Origin: Bacteroidaceae bacterium
Lineage (GTDB): Bacteria; Bacillota_I; Bacilli_A; RFN20; CAG-826
Length of the DNA: 64,000 nucleotides
Assembly (NCBI GenBank): GCA_963624045.1
Contig: CAVFNI010000003.1
Coordinates: 41,022 to 105,021 of the forward strand
Direction of reading: 5' to 3'
In this document: positions 1 through 9,209 of the stretch, piece after piece
How the letters are laid out: every line of letters begins with the position of its first letter
How positions within the stretch are numbered: the stretch's first letter is position 1
Notes under the pieces: model-generated
What the model saw: the letters and a program-made list of their open reading frames with translations, nothing else
Told to the model about the DNA's origin: nothing
The model's database searches: none
Made by a program: the position numbers and the translations under genes

Positions 1-627
1 TATGGCGCCTATAATCTCCATGGTTCGTTGCTACCGAAATACCGCGGCGCCGCCCCGATGCAACGGGCGATTATGGATGGCGAAAGGGAAACCGGCGTTT
101 GCCTTATGCGGATGGTCAAGGAAATGGATGCCGGCGAGGTCTATAGCCGCCTTTCCTTCCCGATAGAGGAAGAAGATAATTACACCTCCCTTTCAATCAA
201 GATGGGCCAAGCGGCCGCCGCTTTGATCGTAAGAGACCTTTTGCCGCTTGTTAACGGCAAGCTTCGCGGCCTTCCCCAAGAGGAGAGGGAAGTCAGCTTC
301 GCCGCCAAGATATTGCCCGAAGAGGAGCATCTGCCATTGACTTTAAGCGCCATAAGGACCCGCGATTATATCCGCGCCTTAAGCGAGAAGCCGGGCGCTT
401 TCGTTTATTTAGACAATAAGAAAATCAAGATTTATGACGCCAAGATAGCGCCTATCTCGCCTAATGGCGTCGTTGGGAGCCTTACCGCCGATAAAAAGCA
501 CCTTTACCTCCATCTTAGCGACGGGGTTTTGTCGCTACTTAGAATCCAAGAAGAAGGGAAGAAGGCGATGGATGCCGCAAGTTTCCTTAATGGCCACCAT
601 ATCCTTCCCGACACGCTGGTCCATTAA
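1..627 (+). CDS. fmt: Methionyl-tRNA formyltransferase, C-terminal part (5' end lies outside the window)
   Basis: Frame 1 is open from nt 1 and reads YGAYNLHGSLLPKYRGAAPMQRAIMDGERETGV, the Fmt HxSLLPxxRG active-site motif. A C-terminal domain follows and the stop is TAA at 625-627. Confidence 0.9.
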   Translation, partial: YGAYNLHGSLLPKYRGAAPMQRAIMDGERETGVCLMRMVKEMDAGEVYSRLSFPIEEEDNYTSLSIKMGQAAAALIVRDLLPLVNGKLRGLPQEEREVSFAAKILPEEEHLPLTLSAIRTRDYIRALSEKPGAFVYLDNKKIKIYDAKIAPISPNGVVGSLTADKKHLYLHLSDGVLSLLRIQEEGKKAMDAASFLNGHHILPDTLVH

Positions 628-2975
628 TGAAACGAATTATTTCCTTAAGCGTGCATGGCTTAGTCGATTCTTTGCTAAGAAAAGGCGACATCGACATGCG
701 GATATATAACCGCGAGACGATGCAAATAGGGAGTAAAATCCATGCCGCCTATCAAGCCAAGCAAGGCAAGGAATACCTGTCGGAAGTGGAATTAAAAGGC
801 AGTTTCGAACGGGAGAGGGCAATCGTGGAGCTCGAGGGAAGGGCCGACGGGATCATCCTCGGCGGCGCCTACCCCATCATCGACGAGATCAAAAGCACCG
901 TAAGCGATCTCGACGCTTTCTATAAAGAGCAATACGAATGGCATTTGGGGCAAGCCGCTTGCTATGCCTTGCTATACCTAATGAAAGAGGGCGGAGAGAA
1001 AGTCGGGGTCAAATTGACCTACATCTCCCAAAAGACGGGCGAGAAAAAAGTTCATAGCAAAGTCTTTTCGTTAGCGGAACTACAGACGAAAGTATTAGAC
1101 CTCATCGACCTTTTCCTCGAACGGCAAGAGGACGTTTATCGGCATTTCGCCGCCCGTAACGAAAGCAGCGAACACCTTCTTTTTCCTTTCGAGCATTTTC
1201 GCAAAGGCCAACATGAGATGGCTAAATACGTCTATTCGGTGGCCAAAGGCGGCGGCTATTTCTATATCGAGGCGCCGACGGGCATTGGCAAGACGATGTC
1301 CTCTCTCTACCCAAGTATCAAAGCCTTCGCCCATTCGAGGCTCGATAAAATCTTTTTCCTTTCCGCCAAAAACAGCGGCAAAGCCAATGCCGAGAAGGCT
1401 TTGGAATTACTAAGAACGAAAGGGGCGAAGATCCGTTCTAGCACCCTGAGCGCCAAAGAGGCCATCTGCTTATCGAAAGGCTCCGAATGCCAGCCTGATG
1501 ACTGCCCTTTTGCCAAGCATTATTACGATCTTTTCCCCGAAGTGCGCGAAGAGGCTCTTTCCGCCTATTCCCACCTAGGGAAGGAAGAGATAACCGCTTT
1601 GGCAAAGAAACATCGCGTTTGCCCCTTCGAATTGCAATTGGATTTGTCGCTAGATAGCGATGTCATCGTCGCCGATTACAATTATTTTCTCGATCCTTTC
1701 GCCAAACTTGAGCGCTATTTCGGTCCCGAGGCCGATCCCTCCTCGTATTTCCTCATCGTCGACGAAGCCCATAACCTCATCGAGCGGGGCCGCAAATGCT
1801 ATAGCGAGCGCCTTAGTAGCGGGGAAATAAGAAAAGCGAAAGCCGCCCTTAAAGGCTATCCGAGCAAAAGCCCCATCTTACGGCTTACGAAGATTCTCAA
1901 AGAGATGGCGGAAATCGAGATTCCCGAAGAAGGGGAAGCGATTCTTCCTGAATTCCCTGCCTCTTTAGCGAAAGCCCTCTCTTCCTTCCTTGAGGCGAAG
2001 AAAAGGTGCGCTTCCGATGAGAAATTACCCAAATTGCCCGAGGAAATAAACGAGCTTTCGCGGAAGATATACCGTCTTACGAGCTTCCTTGAGGAAGGGA
2101 GGCCGCTTCTATATTACGCCACGAAGAAAGGCAAGGGGAAAAGGCTCATCGCCGCCTTTTGCCTCGATCCTTCGCCGATGCTTATGGAGGATTTCTCTCG
2201 CGTCAAAGGCGCCGTCTTCCTTAGCGCCACCCTCTCGCCCATCGATTATTTCATGGAGAGCACGCTTGGAAAGAAGGATTTCCCGTATTTGCTTCTCCCT
2301 TCGCCTTTCTCCCCAAAGCATTTTCGTCTTTTCCTCGCCCCGACCGTCGATATCCGTTATAAGAGGCGCGAAGAAACCTTAGAGGAAGTGGCCTCTTACC
2401 TTAAAGCCTTCGTGACGGCCAAAAAAGGCAATTATTTCATTTATCTGCCAAGTTTTCAGTATTTGACGATGATATCCTCATTTTTGTCTTTTTCACCGCA
2501 AACGAAGGTGCATATTCAACAAGAGGGGATGAACGAGGAGGAAAAGAAGGCTTTCTTGGACAATTTCCTCGTCAATCCCAAGGAAAGCCATGTCGGGGTC
2601 ATGGTGATCGGCGGATCTTTCGCCGAAGGGATCGATTTGCCATATGACCGCTTAATCGGGGTGGCGGTCGTCGGCATCGGCTTGCCGCAGGTCAATTTCG
2701 AGACGGAGCAATTAAGGAAATATTTCGATGCGAAGCTATCGATGGGCTTCGCTTACGCCTATCGGAATCCCGGCATCAACAAAGTGATGCAGGCCGTTGG
2801 ACGCCTCATTCGGACGGAAGAGGACGTCGGGGCGGCCCTTTTGATCGACAATCGCTACACGCAATGGCAGTATCGCGATATTTTTTCCAGGGTCTGGCCC
2901 GAATACGAAGTGGTGACGGACGCCTCCGAAATCGCCCCTAAAATCAAAGCCTTCTATAAAGCCAACCGAAAATAG
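627..2975 (+). CDS. XPD/DinG-family Fe-S ATP-dependent DNA helicase with an N-terminal PD-(D/E)XK nuclease-like module
   Basis: 782 aa. It has Walker A (EAPTGIGKT), DEAH (VDEAHNL) and four Cys (CLSKGSEC-x4-C ... RVCPFE) as in XPD/DinG Fe-S domains, plus a C-terminal [12 protein letters not shown] motif. The N-terminus carries GRADGI, IDEIKS and QAACYALLY (RecB/Cas4-like motifs). The start overlaps the fmt stop (TAATG). Confidence 0.8.
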   Translation: MKRIISLSVHGLVDSLLRKGDIDMRIYNRETMQIGSKIHAAYQAKQGKEYLSEVELKGSFERERAIVELEGRADGIILGGAYPIIDEIKSTVSDLDAFYKEQYEWHLGQAACYALLYLMKEGGEKVGVKLTYISQKTGEKKVHSKVFSLAELQTKVLDLIDLFLERQEDVYRHFAARNESSEHLLFPFEHFRKGQHEMAKYVYSVAKGGGYFYIEAPTGIGKTMSSLYPSIKAFAHSRLDKIFFLSAKNSGKANAEKALELLRTKGAKIRSSTLSAKEAICLSKGSECQPDDCPFAKHYYDLFPEVREEALSAYSHLGKEEITALAKKHRVCPFELQLDLSLDSDVIVADYNYFLDPFAKLERYFGPEADPSSYFLIVDEAHNLIERGRKCYSERLSSGEIRKAKAALKGYPSKSPILRLTKILKEMAEIEIPEEGEAILPEFPASLAKALSSFLEAKKRCASDEKLPKLPEEINELSRKIYRLTSFLEEGRPLLYYATKKGKGKRLIAAFCLDPSPMLMEDFSRVKGAVFLSATLSPIDYFMESTLGKKDFPYLLLPSPFSPKHFRLFLAPTVDIRYKRREETLEEVASYLKAFVTAKKGNYFIYLPSFQYLTMISSFLSFSPQTKVHIQQEGMNEEEKKAFLDNFLVNPKESHVGVMVIGGSFAEGIDLPYDRLIGVAVVGIGLPQVNFETEQLRKYFDAKLSMGFAYAYRNPGINKVMQAVGRLIRTEEDVGAALLIDNRYTQWQYRDIFSRVWPEYEVVTDASEIAPKIKAFYKANRK

Positions 2976-2995
2976 GATATAATCCGCCTGTATTT

Positions 2996-4813
2996 ATGCC
3001 CTTCGATCAAAGAAAAATCCGAAACTTCAGCGTCATCGCCCATATCGACCATGGCAAAAGCACCCTCTGCGACCGCATTTTAGAAAGCACCGGCGCCGTC
3101 GAGAAGCGCAATCTCCAAGCCCAAATGCTCGATGACATGGCCCTAGAAAGGGAAAGGGGCATCACCATCAAATTGAATGCGGTGACCGTTTCTTATCGCG
3201 CCAAAGACGGGGAAAGTTATATTTTCAACCTGATCGATACCCCGGGGCACGTCGATTTCAGCTATGAGGTCTCGCGGAGCTTGGCCGCTTGCGAAGGGGC
3301 CCTTTTGGTGGTGGACGCCACCCAAGGGGTGGAAGCCCAAACCTTAGCTAATGTCTATTTGGCTTTGGATAACGATCTCATGATTCTGCCCGTCATCAAC
3401 AAAATCGATCTGCCTAGTGCCGACATCAAGAAAGTCGAGGCGGAGATCGAAGAAAGAATCGGCATCGGCGTCGAGGACGTTTCGCTAGTGAGCGCTAAAA
3501 CCGGCGTTGGCGTCGAGGAAATGCTTGAAAGGGCGGTGGCTCTTATCCCTCCGCCAGAAGGCGACCAGAAAGCCCCTCTAAAAGCTCTTATCTTCGATTC
3601 TTATTATGATTCTTATCGCGGCGTCGTCGTGCTTATCCGCGTCAAAGACGGCTCGGTGAAGGTTGGCGATGAGATTTTGCTAATGGCCGCCAAAAAGACT
3701 TACGTCGTCACCGAAATCGGCATCCGCACCCCCAAAGAGCTTCCCGTCAAGGAACTTTCGGCGGGGGAGGTCGGCTATCTTACCGCCACCATCAAAGACA
3801 TCAAAGACGTTTTCCCAGGCGAGACGATCACCATAGCGAATAACCCTTGCGATAAGGCTTTGCCTGGCTACCGCAAGATCAATCCGATGGTTTTCTGCGG
3901 CTTATATCCCGTCGATAGCCGCAAATACGAGGATTTGAAAGAAGCCCTCGATAAGCTTTCCCTTAATGACGCTTCGTTGGTTTATGAGCCTGAAAGCTCA
4001 AAGGCCCTTGGCTTTGGCTTCCGATGTGGTTTCTTAGGCCTTTTGCATATGGATATCGTCCAAGAGAGGCTCGAAAGGGAATATGGGTTGGATCTGATCT
4101 TAACCGCCCCGAGCGTCCGTTACCGCGTAATTTTGACGAGTGGCGAGGAAATGATGGTCGACAATCCTAGCGATCTCCCCGATCCTAGCAAGATAAAAGC
4201 AATCGAAGAGCCCTTTGTGGCCGCTTCGATCATGACGCCGAAGGAATATGTCGGCGCCGTCATGGAGCTTTGCCAGGAAAAGCGCGGGATTTACGATGAT
4301 TTGGTTTATTTTGACGACACGCGGCAAGTGGTCAAATACCATCTCCCCTTAAGCGAGATCGTCTTCAATTTCTTCGACCGCCTCAAAAGCATGAGCAAAG
4401 GCTACGCTTCCCTCGATTACGAGATCGACGATTATCGGCGTAGCGACCTAGCGAAGATGGATATCTTGCTTAATGGCGAGGTCATCGACGCCCTCTCTTC
4501 GATCGTCTATCGCCCCTTTGCCTATCAACGGGGAATCGCCATCGTCTCCCGATTAAAGGAAATCATCCCCAAACAGCAATTTGAGGTGCCCGTCCAAGCC
4601 GCTATCAACGGCAAAGTGGTGGCCCGTGCCGACATCAAAAGCATGCGCAAAGACGTCTTAGCCAAATGCTATGGCGGCGACATATCACGCAAGAAGAAGC
4701 TTCTCGAAAAGCAAAAGGAAGGCAAGAAGCGGATGAAGGCCATCGGCTCGGTCGAGGTGCCGCAGGAAGCCTTCATGGCCGTCCTTTCTTTGGATGACGA
4801 CCAAAAGAAGTGA
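2996..4813 (+). CDS. lepA: Elongation factor 4 (LepA)
   Basis: 605 aa with GTPase motifs [18 protein letters not shown] and NKIDL. It has the LepA-type C-terminal domain and tail ([15 protein letters not shown]), and lies in the conserved position upstream of hemW. Confidence 0.97.
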   Translation: MPFDQRKIRNFSVIAHIDHGKSTLCDRILESTGAVEKRNLQAQMLDDMALERERGITIKLNAVTVSYRAKDGESYIFNLIDTPGHVDFSYEVSRSLAACEGALLVVDATQGVEAQTLANVYLALDNDLMILPVINKIDLPSADIKKVEAEIEERIGIGVEDVSLVSAKTGVGVEEMLERAVALIPPPEGDQKAPLKALIFDSYYDSYRGVVVLIRVKDGSVKVGDEILLMAAKKTYVVTEIGIRTPKELPVKELSAGEVGYLTATIKDIKDVFPGETITIANNPCDKALPGYRKINPMVFCGLYPVDSRKYEDLKEALDKLSLNDASLVYEPESSKALGFGFRCGFLGLLHMDIVQERLEREYGLDLILTAPSVRYRVILTSGEEMMVDNPSDLPDPSKIKAIEEPFVAASIMTPKEYVGAVMELCQEKRGIYDDLVYFDDTRQVVKYHLPLSEIVFNFFDRLKSMSKGYASLDYEIDDYRRSDLAKMDILLNGEVIDALSSIVYRPFAYQRGIAIVSRLKEIIPKQQFEVPVQAAINGKVVARADIKSMRKDVLAKCYGGDISRKKKLLEKQKEGKKRMKAIGSVEVPQEAFMAVLSLDDDQKK

Positions 4814-4896
4814 TTTTCATTAGTCATTTACGGCACTTTGATGTTCTTCTTCATCTATAAACATAGGATTTTTATAGTATTGAATTAGTATTTTAT

Positions 4897-4924
4897 TTGA
4901 TTCTTTTCGAATCTTGTGTAGAAT
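4897..4924 (+). promoter_or_regulatory. Putative sigma-70 promoter (TTGATT-16 nt-TAGAAT) ending 6 nt before the ATG at 4931
   Basis: TTGATT at 4897-4902 and TAGAAT at 4919-4924 sit in an AT-rich 117-nt gap after lepA. Only GGGGTT separates the -10 hexamer from the ATG. Confidence 0.4.
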
Positions 4925-4930
4925 GGGGTT

Positions 4931-6502
4931 ATGGAAACAAAGAAATACAGTAATGTGGCACTAGAATCCACCGATCTTAATTACCTCGATAAAAACGGCG
5001 TCTCCAAGAGCCTAGGCCTTTTCGCCATCGACGATTTCTGGAGAGAAGTCCTTCTTTATCGCGACGATCATCGCCTTTCCTTGCCTTTGCATCAGATTAA
5101 CGGGCGGCTTTTTTCCCTTGTCGTCACCCCGACTTTGAGGGGGAAATGGGACCGCGCTTCAGAGAACATCAAGCAAATGGCTTCTTCCATTAACGCTCGC
5201 CTCGGTGAGCGGGAAAGAAGAGAAGCTAGGAAGATCCTTTTCTTGCCGATCTTAAAAGCCATCAACGAATTAAGCGGCTCGGAAATGGGCGAAATATCAC
5301 TCAAAGCGCTTCTTAACGGCACTTATGGCGAAAGCGAGAAAGCCCATCGGCCGACGATCAATTACCTTTCCGCCCTCGATTATTATTGCGACAAATCGCC
5401 CCTTTCGGTCGATGAGGAATTCTTGGCTGAGGCCTATATGAAAATCAGCGGACAAGAGGAACTAACCTCCTTTTATCGCGAAATCGGCGCCGCTAGCAAA
5501 ATGAATTTCCCTCGTTTTGGCGGTTATGAGCAAGAAAAGGCGCCGGCTGGACACATCGAGGAATACATGGATCCGCTTTTCTCTTATTTAAGCGATTCGT
5601 CAACGACCTTGCCTCCTTTCGCTATCGCCGCCATCATCGCTTTCTATTTGCCGTACGTCTCTCCCGTCTCGGAGGGTAACGACGCCCTCGCCGCCATTTT
5701 GCTAAAGGGCTTTTTGGCTTCTCGATACGGCTCCGACGTCTTCGCGTTGCCTTTTGAGCGGTGGCTTCTCCCTTCGAAGGAACGCGAGCAAGCGCTTAGG
5801 AACGTCCGTAGCAGCGGCGATTTGACTTATTTCGTCGATTTCATTGAGAAGAGCATCGGCAAAATGGCGACGGAGATCAACGATTCCGTTAATAACGCCC
5901 GCATCGCCGTCTTTTCTCCCGAATACAATCAGCTTTCCGAAGAAGAGAAAACCATCGCGAGCCAAAAGGCCTTAGAGCAACCCCTTCCGCCGAAAAACGA
6001 GCAATTGACCTTCGACGCCTTCTTAGAAGAAGAGGAAAAAAAGGAAGAAATAGGCGTAGCGGAGCCTTCTTTGGCGCCTTTTGTTATGACGGAAGAGCCA
6101 TCAGCGCAGAAAGAAGAAGCGGCGCCCATCAAAGAAACGCCTGAAGCGCCTAAGAAAGCCGCCCTCCCTCCACAAGGGAATATCACCGAGGAGGAGATAA
6201 GGGAGAGAGCGCGTCGCGCCGTCGCTTCCGCCTATGAGCCCGACGTCTTAACGGAAAAGGAAGCCAAGGATTATATGCGGTATCTGCTAGAAACCAATCC
6301 CAATCTGAACCGCAAGCAAGCCTCTTTCCTCTCGACGCATTGCACGCCAGGGCGCTTCTATAGCATCCAGCAATACAAGGCCCACGCCCATTGCGTTTAC
6401 GAAACGGCGCGGACTTCTATGGATAAATTGGCCATAGAAGGATATTATGAAAAAATGCAGGTCAAGAACAAATTCGTCTACACACCTAAGAAAAGGAGCT
6501 AA
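4931..6502 (+). CDS. Fic-domain-like protein with a degenerate active-site motif, an E/K/P-rich linker and a C-terminal winged-helix-like domain
   Basis: 523 aa. The segment FYLPYVSPVSEGNDALAAILL aligns to the Fic signature HPFx(D/E)GNGRxxR with H, F, G and both R replaced. Residues ~340-400 are low-complexity E/K/P. The C-terminus (YSIQQYKAHAHCVYETARTSMDKLAIEGYYEK) resembles the wHTH tails of Fic-family proteins. Confidence 0.55.
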   Translation: METKKYSNVALESTDLNYLDKNGVSKSLGLFAIDDFWREVLLYRDDHRLSLPLHQINGRLFSLVVTPTLRGKWDRASENIKQMASSINARLGERERREARKILFLPILKAINELSGSEMGEISLKALLNGTYGESEKAHRPTINYLSALDYYCDKSPLSVDEEFLAEAYMKISGQEELTSFYREIGAASKMNFPRFGGYEQEKAPAGHIEEYMDPLFSYLSDSSTTLPPFAIAAIIAFYLPYVSPVSEGNDALAAILLKGFLASRYGSDVFALPFERWLLPSKEREQALRNVRSSGDLTYFVDFIEKSIGKMATEINDSVNNARIAVFSPEYNQLSEEEKTIASQKALEQPLPPKNEQLTFDAFLEEEEKKEEIGVAEPSLAPFVMTEEPSAQKEEAAPIKETPEAPKKAALPPQGNITEEEIRERARRAVASAYEPDVLTEKEAKDYMRYLLETNPNLNRKQASFLSTHCTPGRFYSIQQYKAHAHCVYETARTSMDKLAIEGYYEKMQVKNKFVYTPKKRS

Positions 6503-6927
6503 TGGATATGCTTAATAACATTCTCGCCGGCGTCACGAACCAATCGTGGTTCATCATCATCGCCTTGGTTTTGATTTTCGGAGTCATCGTCATCGCCGTC
6601 ATTTTGGTCCGCAAATACAGCAAGCACTTCAAAAGTGACGAAAAACCCAAAAGTGATCGCGAAATAGCCGAAGAGGAAGTCAATCGCATCCTCGTCGATG
6701 TCGAAGACGAGGAGACGAAGAAGGAAATGGAAGAAGCCTCGAAAGAAGCCTATAAAGCAAGCAAGGAAGAAAAACCTTCCGCCGAGGAGGCTTTGCAAGA
6801 TGAAATGAGCCGCACCGTCGAGCCTTTGGGCGATGAGGAAGCCGCCTTGGCGATGGAAGAATATCGCAAAGCGCACCCCGAAGAGGAGCGCAACGCCTTA
6901 AAAGGAAGCGAAAAAGAAGGGGAATAG
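6502..6927 (+). CDS. Small single-pass membrane protein with a long acidic tail
   Basis: 141 aa. There is one hydrophobic helix (WFIIIALVLIFGVIVIAVILV) followed by ~100 aa rich in E/K. It is coupled on both sides: TAATG with the upstream gene and TAGTG with hemW. Confidence 0.5.
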   Translation: MDMLNNILAGVTNQSWFIIIALVLIFGVIVIAVILVRKYSKHFKSDEKPKSDREIAEEEVNRILVDVEDEETKKEMEEASKEAYKASKEEKPSAEEALQDEMSRTVEPLGDEEAALAMEEYRKAHPEEERNALKGSEKEGE

Positions 6928-8015
6928 TGGTCAAATCCCTTTACGTCCACATTCCCTTTTGCCACCATCTTTGCGCCTATTGCGACTTCGCCAAAGTCCT
7001 TTATTCGGAAAGATGGGCTTTTTCTTATCTTTCTTCCCTTAAAAGAGAGTTGGAATCCCTGGCGATTAAGGAGAAACTCGAAACGATTTACGTCGGCGGG
7101 GGGACGCCTTCCTCGCTTTCTTTGGATTTATTGTCGGATCTTCTTCTTTCCTTACGCCCCCTTTTAGGAAGGGGATACGAATTCAGCGTGGAGATGAATC
7201 CCGAGGACCTTAAAGAGGATAAATTAGAGATTTTGCGCCGATATGGCGTCAATCGCCTTTCCGTCGGCATCGAATCATCGGTGCCTAGGCTCCTAGCCTT
7301 GATGGAGAGGAACCATACCTTCCTAGAAGCCAAGGAAGGAATCGGCTTGGCTAAGAAAATGGGTTTTTCGCGCCTTTCCGCCGATTTGATTTATGGTTTG
7401 CCTGGCGAAAGGAAGGAAGAAGTGCGGGAGGATATCGACAATTTCCTCAGTTTGGATATCGATCACCTTTCCGCTTATTGCCTTTCGGTCAACGAAGGCA
7501 CTCTTTTTTATAACCGCGGCTATCGCGAGATGGACGAGGAAGAGGCAGGCGAGCAATACGAGATGATTTTGGCGGGATTAAGAGGAGCCGGCTATCATAG
7601 ATACGAGGTCAGCAATTTTGCTAGAAACGGCCAAGAATCGAAACATAATCTTACCTATTGGCATGATGACGAATATTACGCGATAGGTCTTGGCGCGGCT
7701 AGCTATGTTAGTGGCGTGCGCAGGGAAAACACCCGGAATTTAAGTAAATATTTACAAGGGGAGTGGCGCGCTAAAGAAGAGAAGGTAACGCGCGAGGATG
7801 AGCTTAAGGAATTCTTTCTGACCAATCTCCGTTTGGAAGAGGGTTTCCAAGAAAGCCGTTTCGAAAAACGTTTCGGCTTTCCTTTCCTTTCTCGATACGC
7901 CGATGCATATACGAAATTATCGGGGAATGGCCTATTAACGCGAGAAAACGGCCATATTAGGCCCACCGATCGGGGGATGATGATCCTCGATACGCTCCTC
8001 ATGGAATTCTTTTAA
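6927..8015 (+). CDS. hemW: Radical SAM heme chaperone HemW (HemN-like, oxygen-independent coproporphyrinogen oxidase family)
   Basis: 362 aa with a GTG start and the radical-SAM motif YVHIPFCHHLCAYCDF. It lies in the lepA-hemW-hrcA position conserved in Bacillota. Confidence 0.9.
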   Translation: MVKSLYVHIPFCHHLCAYCDFAKVLYSERWAFSYLSSLKRELESLAIKEKLETIYVGGGTPSSLSLDLLSDLLLSLRPLLGRGYEFSVEMNPEDLKEDKLEILRRYGVNRLSVGIESSVPRLLALMERNHTFLEAKEGIGLAKKMGFSRLSADLIYGLPGERKEEVREDIDNFLSLDIDHLSAYCLSVNEGTLFYNRGYREMDEEEAGEQYEMILAGLRGAGYHRYEVSNFARNGQESKHNLTYWHDDEYYAIGLGAASYVSGVRRENTRNLSKYLQGEWRAKEEKVTREDELKEFFLTNLRLEEGFQESRFEKRFGFPFLSRYADAYTKLSGNGLLTRENGHIRPTDRGMMILDTLLMEFF

Positions 8016-8020
8016 AAAAA

Positions 8021-8047
8021 TTAGCACTAGAAGGTTGACAGTGCTAA
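8021..8047 (+). promoter_or_regulatory. CIRCE operator (HrcA binding site)
   Basis: TTAGCACTA-N9-CAGTGCTAA versus the consensus TTAGCACTC-N9-GAGTGCTAA, 8/9 in each arm. It lies directly upstream of hrcA. Confidence 0.85.
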
Positions 8048-8062
8048 AGTCCTGCATATAAT
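8035..8062 (+). promoter_or_regulatory. hrcA operon sigma-70 promoter (TTGACA-16 nt-TATAAT)
   Basis: TTGACA at 8035-8040 lies inside the CIRCE spacer and right arm. TATAAT is at 8057-8062, and the GGAGG Shine-Dalgarno at 8096-8100 precedes the ATG at 8106. Confidence 0.7.
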
Positions 8063-8066
8063 AGTC

Positions 8067-8093
8067 CTAGCAGTTGGAAGAAACGACTGCCAA
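8067..8093 (+). promoter_or_regulatory. Second, degenerate CIRCE-like inverted repeat downstream of the -10 box
   Basis: CTAGCAGTT-N9-GACTGCCAA matches the CIRCE arms 6/9 and 7/9 with the N9 spacing preserved. It lies between the -10 box and the SD of hrcA. Confidence 0.4.
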
Positions 8094-8105
8094 AGGAGGG
8101 AAGCG

Positions 8106-9209
8106 ATGACAAGACGCGACGAAGTATTGAAACTCATCGTAGAGCACTTCATCAAGACGGCTGAACCAGTCGGAAGCAAGACTCTGCAAGAAGCCTATAA
8201 GCTCGATGTGAGCAGCGCCACCATCCGCAACGAGATGAACGCCCTAGAAAAGGATGGCTATTTGGAAAAGACCCATACCTCCAGCGGGCGCATCCCATCG
8301 GAAAAAGGTTACCAATATTATGTCGATAACCTTCGAAGCGGCGGGGTCGACGAGAAAGCCAAGAACGCCTTGCAGACGATCCTTAGCGAAAAAGCCAAAT
8401 CCGTCGAAGAGGTAATGAAGGAAAGCTGCCAGATCCTTAGCCAAATGACCAATCTCGCTTCCTGCGTCATCGGTCAGAAAGCGAGCGAGGAAAGGCTTGT
8501 ATCAATCCAGATAATCCCCATCGGCCAAAACACGGCGACGGCCATCTTCGTCACCGATAAGGGGCATGTCGAGAATAAAACATTCATCATCGACGAGGCC
8601 GTGGAGGTCGAGGACGTGGCCAAAACCGTCAAGCTCCTCAATGAGCGGCTATCGGGCACCCCGATCGTCTCCGTGGTCCCCTTGATGGAAGCCATGCGGC
8701 CTGCCTTAACGGATTATCTCGTGGGGCAGCGGCTCGTCTTCGATGCTGTTCTAGGGGCCTTCACGAGTTTCGCTTCCAAGCATCTAGAGCTCTTCGGAAA
8801 GGATGAATTATATTCCCAGCCCGAATTCGCTAACGATGCGATGAAGCTAAGAGAACTCCTGCGCTTCATCGATAATCCAGACGAATTAAAGAAGGCGCTA
8901 GAGAAAGCCAAAGAAGGCAAAGACACCGACATCATCGTGCAGATCGGAACCCCTTCCGAGGGACTCGGCGATTTGGCCCTCGTTAGCGCCAAAATCAGCT
9001 TGCCAGGCGAGCAAAAGAGCGCTCTCACGGTCCTAGGCCCCAGCCGCATGGACTATGATCGCGTCGTCAGCACCTTGCAATATTTCGCCCAGGAGCTCGA
9101 CCGCTACTTCGAGACGGCCACGAAAGGAGATAAAACATGTTCGACAAAAGCAAAAAGCAAGACAAACAAGACAAGTCCGAACCTAACGAAGAACAAAAAG
9201 AAGAAATAA
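8106..9209 (+). CDS. hrcA: Heat-inducible transcription repressor HrcA
   Basis: 367 aa with an N-terminal wHTH (RRDEVLKLIVEHFIKTAEPVGSKTL, SSATIRNEMNALEKDGYLEKTHTSSGR). It is in the hrcA-grpE-dnaK-dnaJ order, and its Lys-rich tail overlaps grpE. Confidence 0.93.
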   Translation: MTRRDEVLKLIVEHFIKTAEPVGSKTLQEAYKLDVSSATIRNEMNALEKDGYLEKTHTSSGRIPSEKGYQYYVDNLRSGGVDEKAKNALQTILSEKAKSVEEVMKESCQILSQMTNLASCVIGQKASEERLVSIQIIPIGQNTATAIFVTDKGHVENKTFIIDEAVEVEDVAKTVKLLNERLSGTPIVSVVPLMEAMRPALTDYLVGQRLVFDAVLGAFTSFASKHLELFGKDELYSQPEFANDAMKLRELLRFIDNPDELKKALEKAKEGKDTDIIVQIGTPSEGLGDLALVSAKISLPGEQKSALTVLGPSRMDYDRVVSTLQYFAQELDRYFETATKGDKTCSTKAKSKTNKTSPNLTKNKKKK

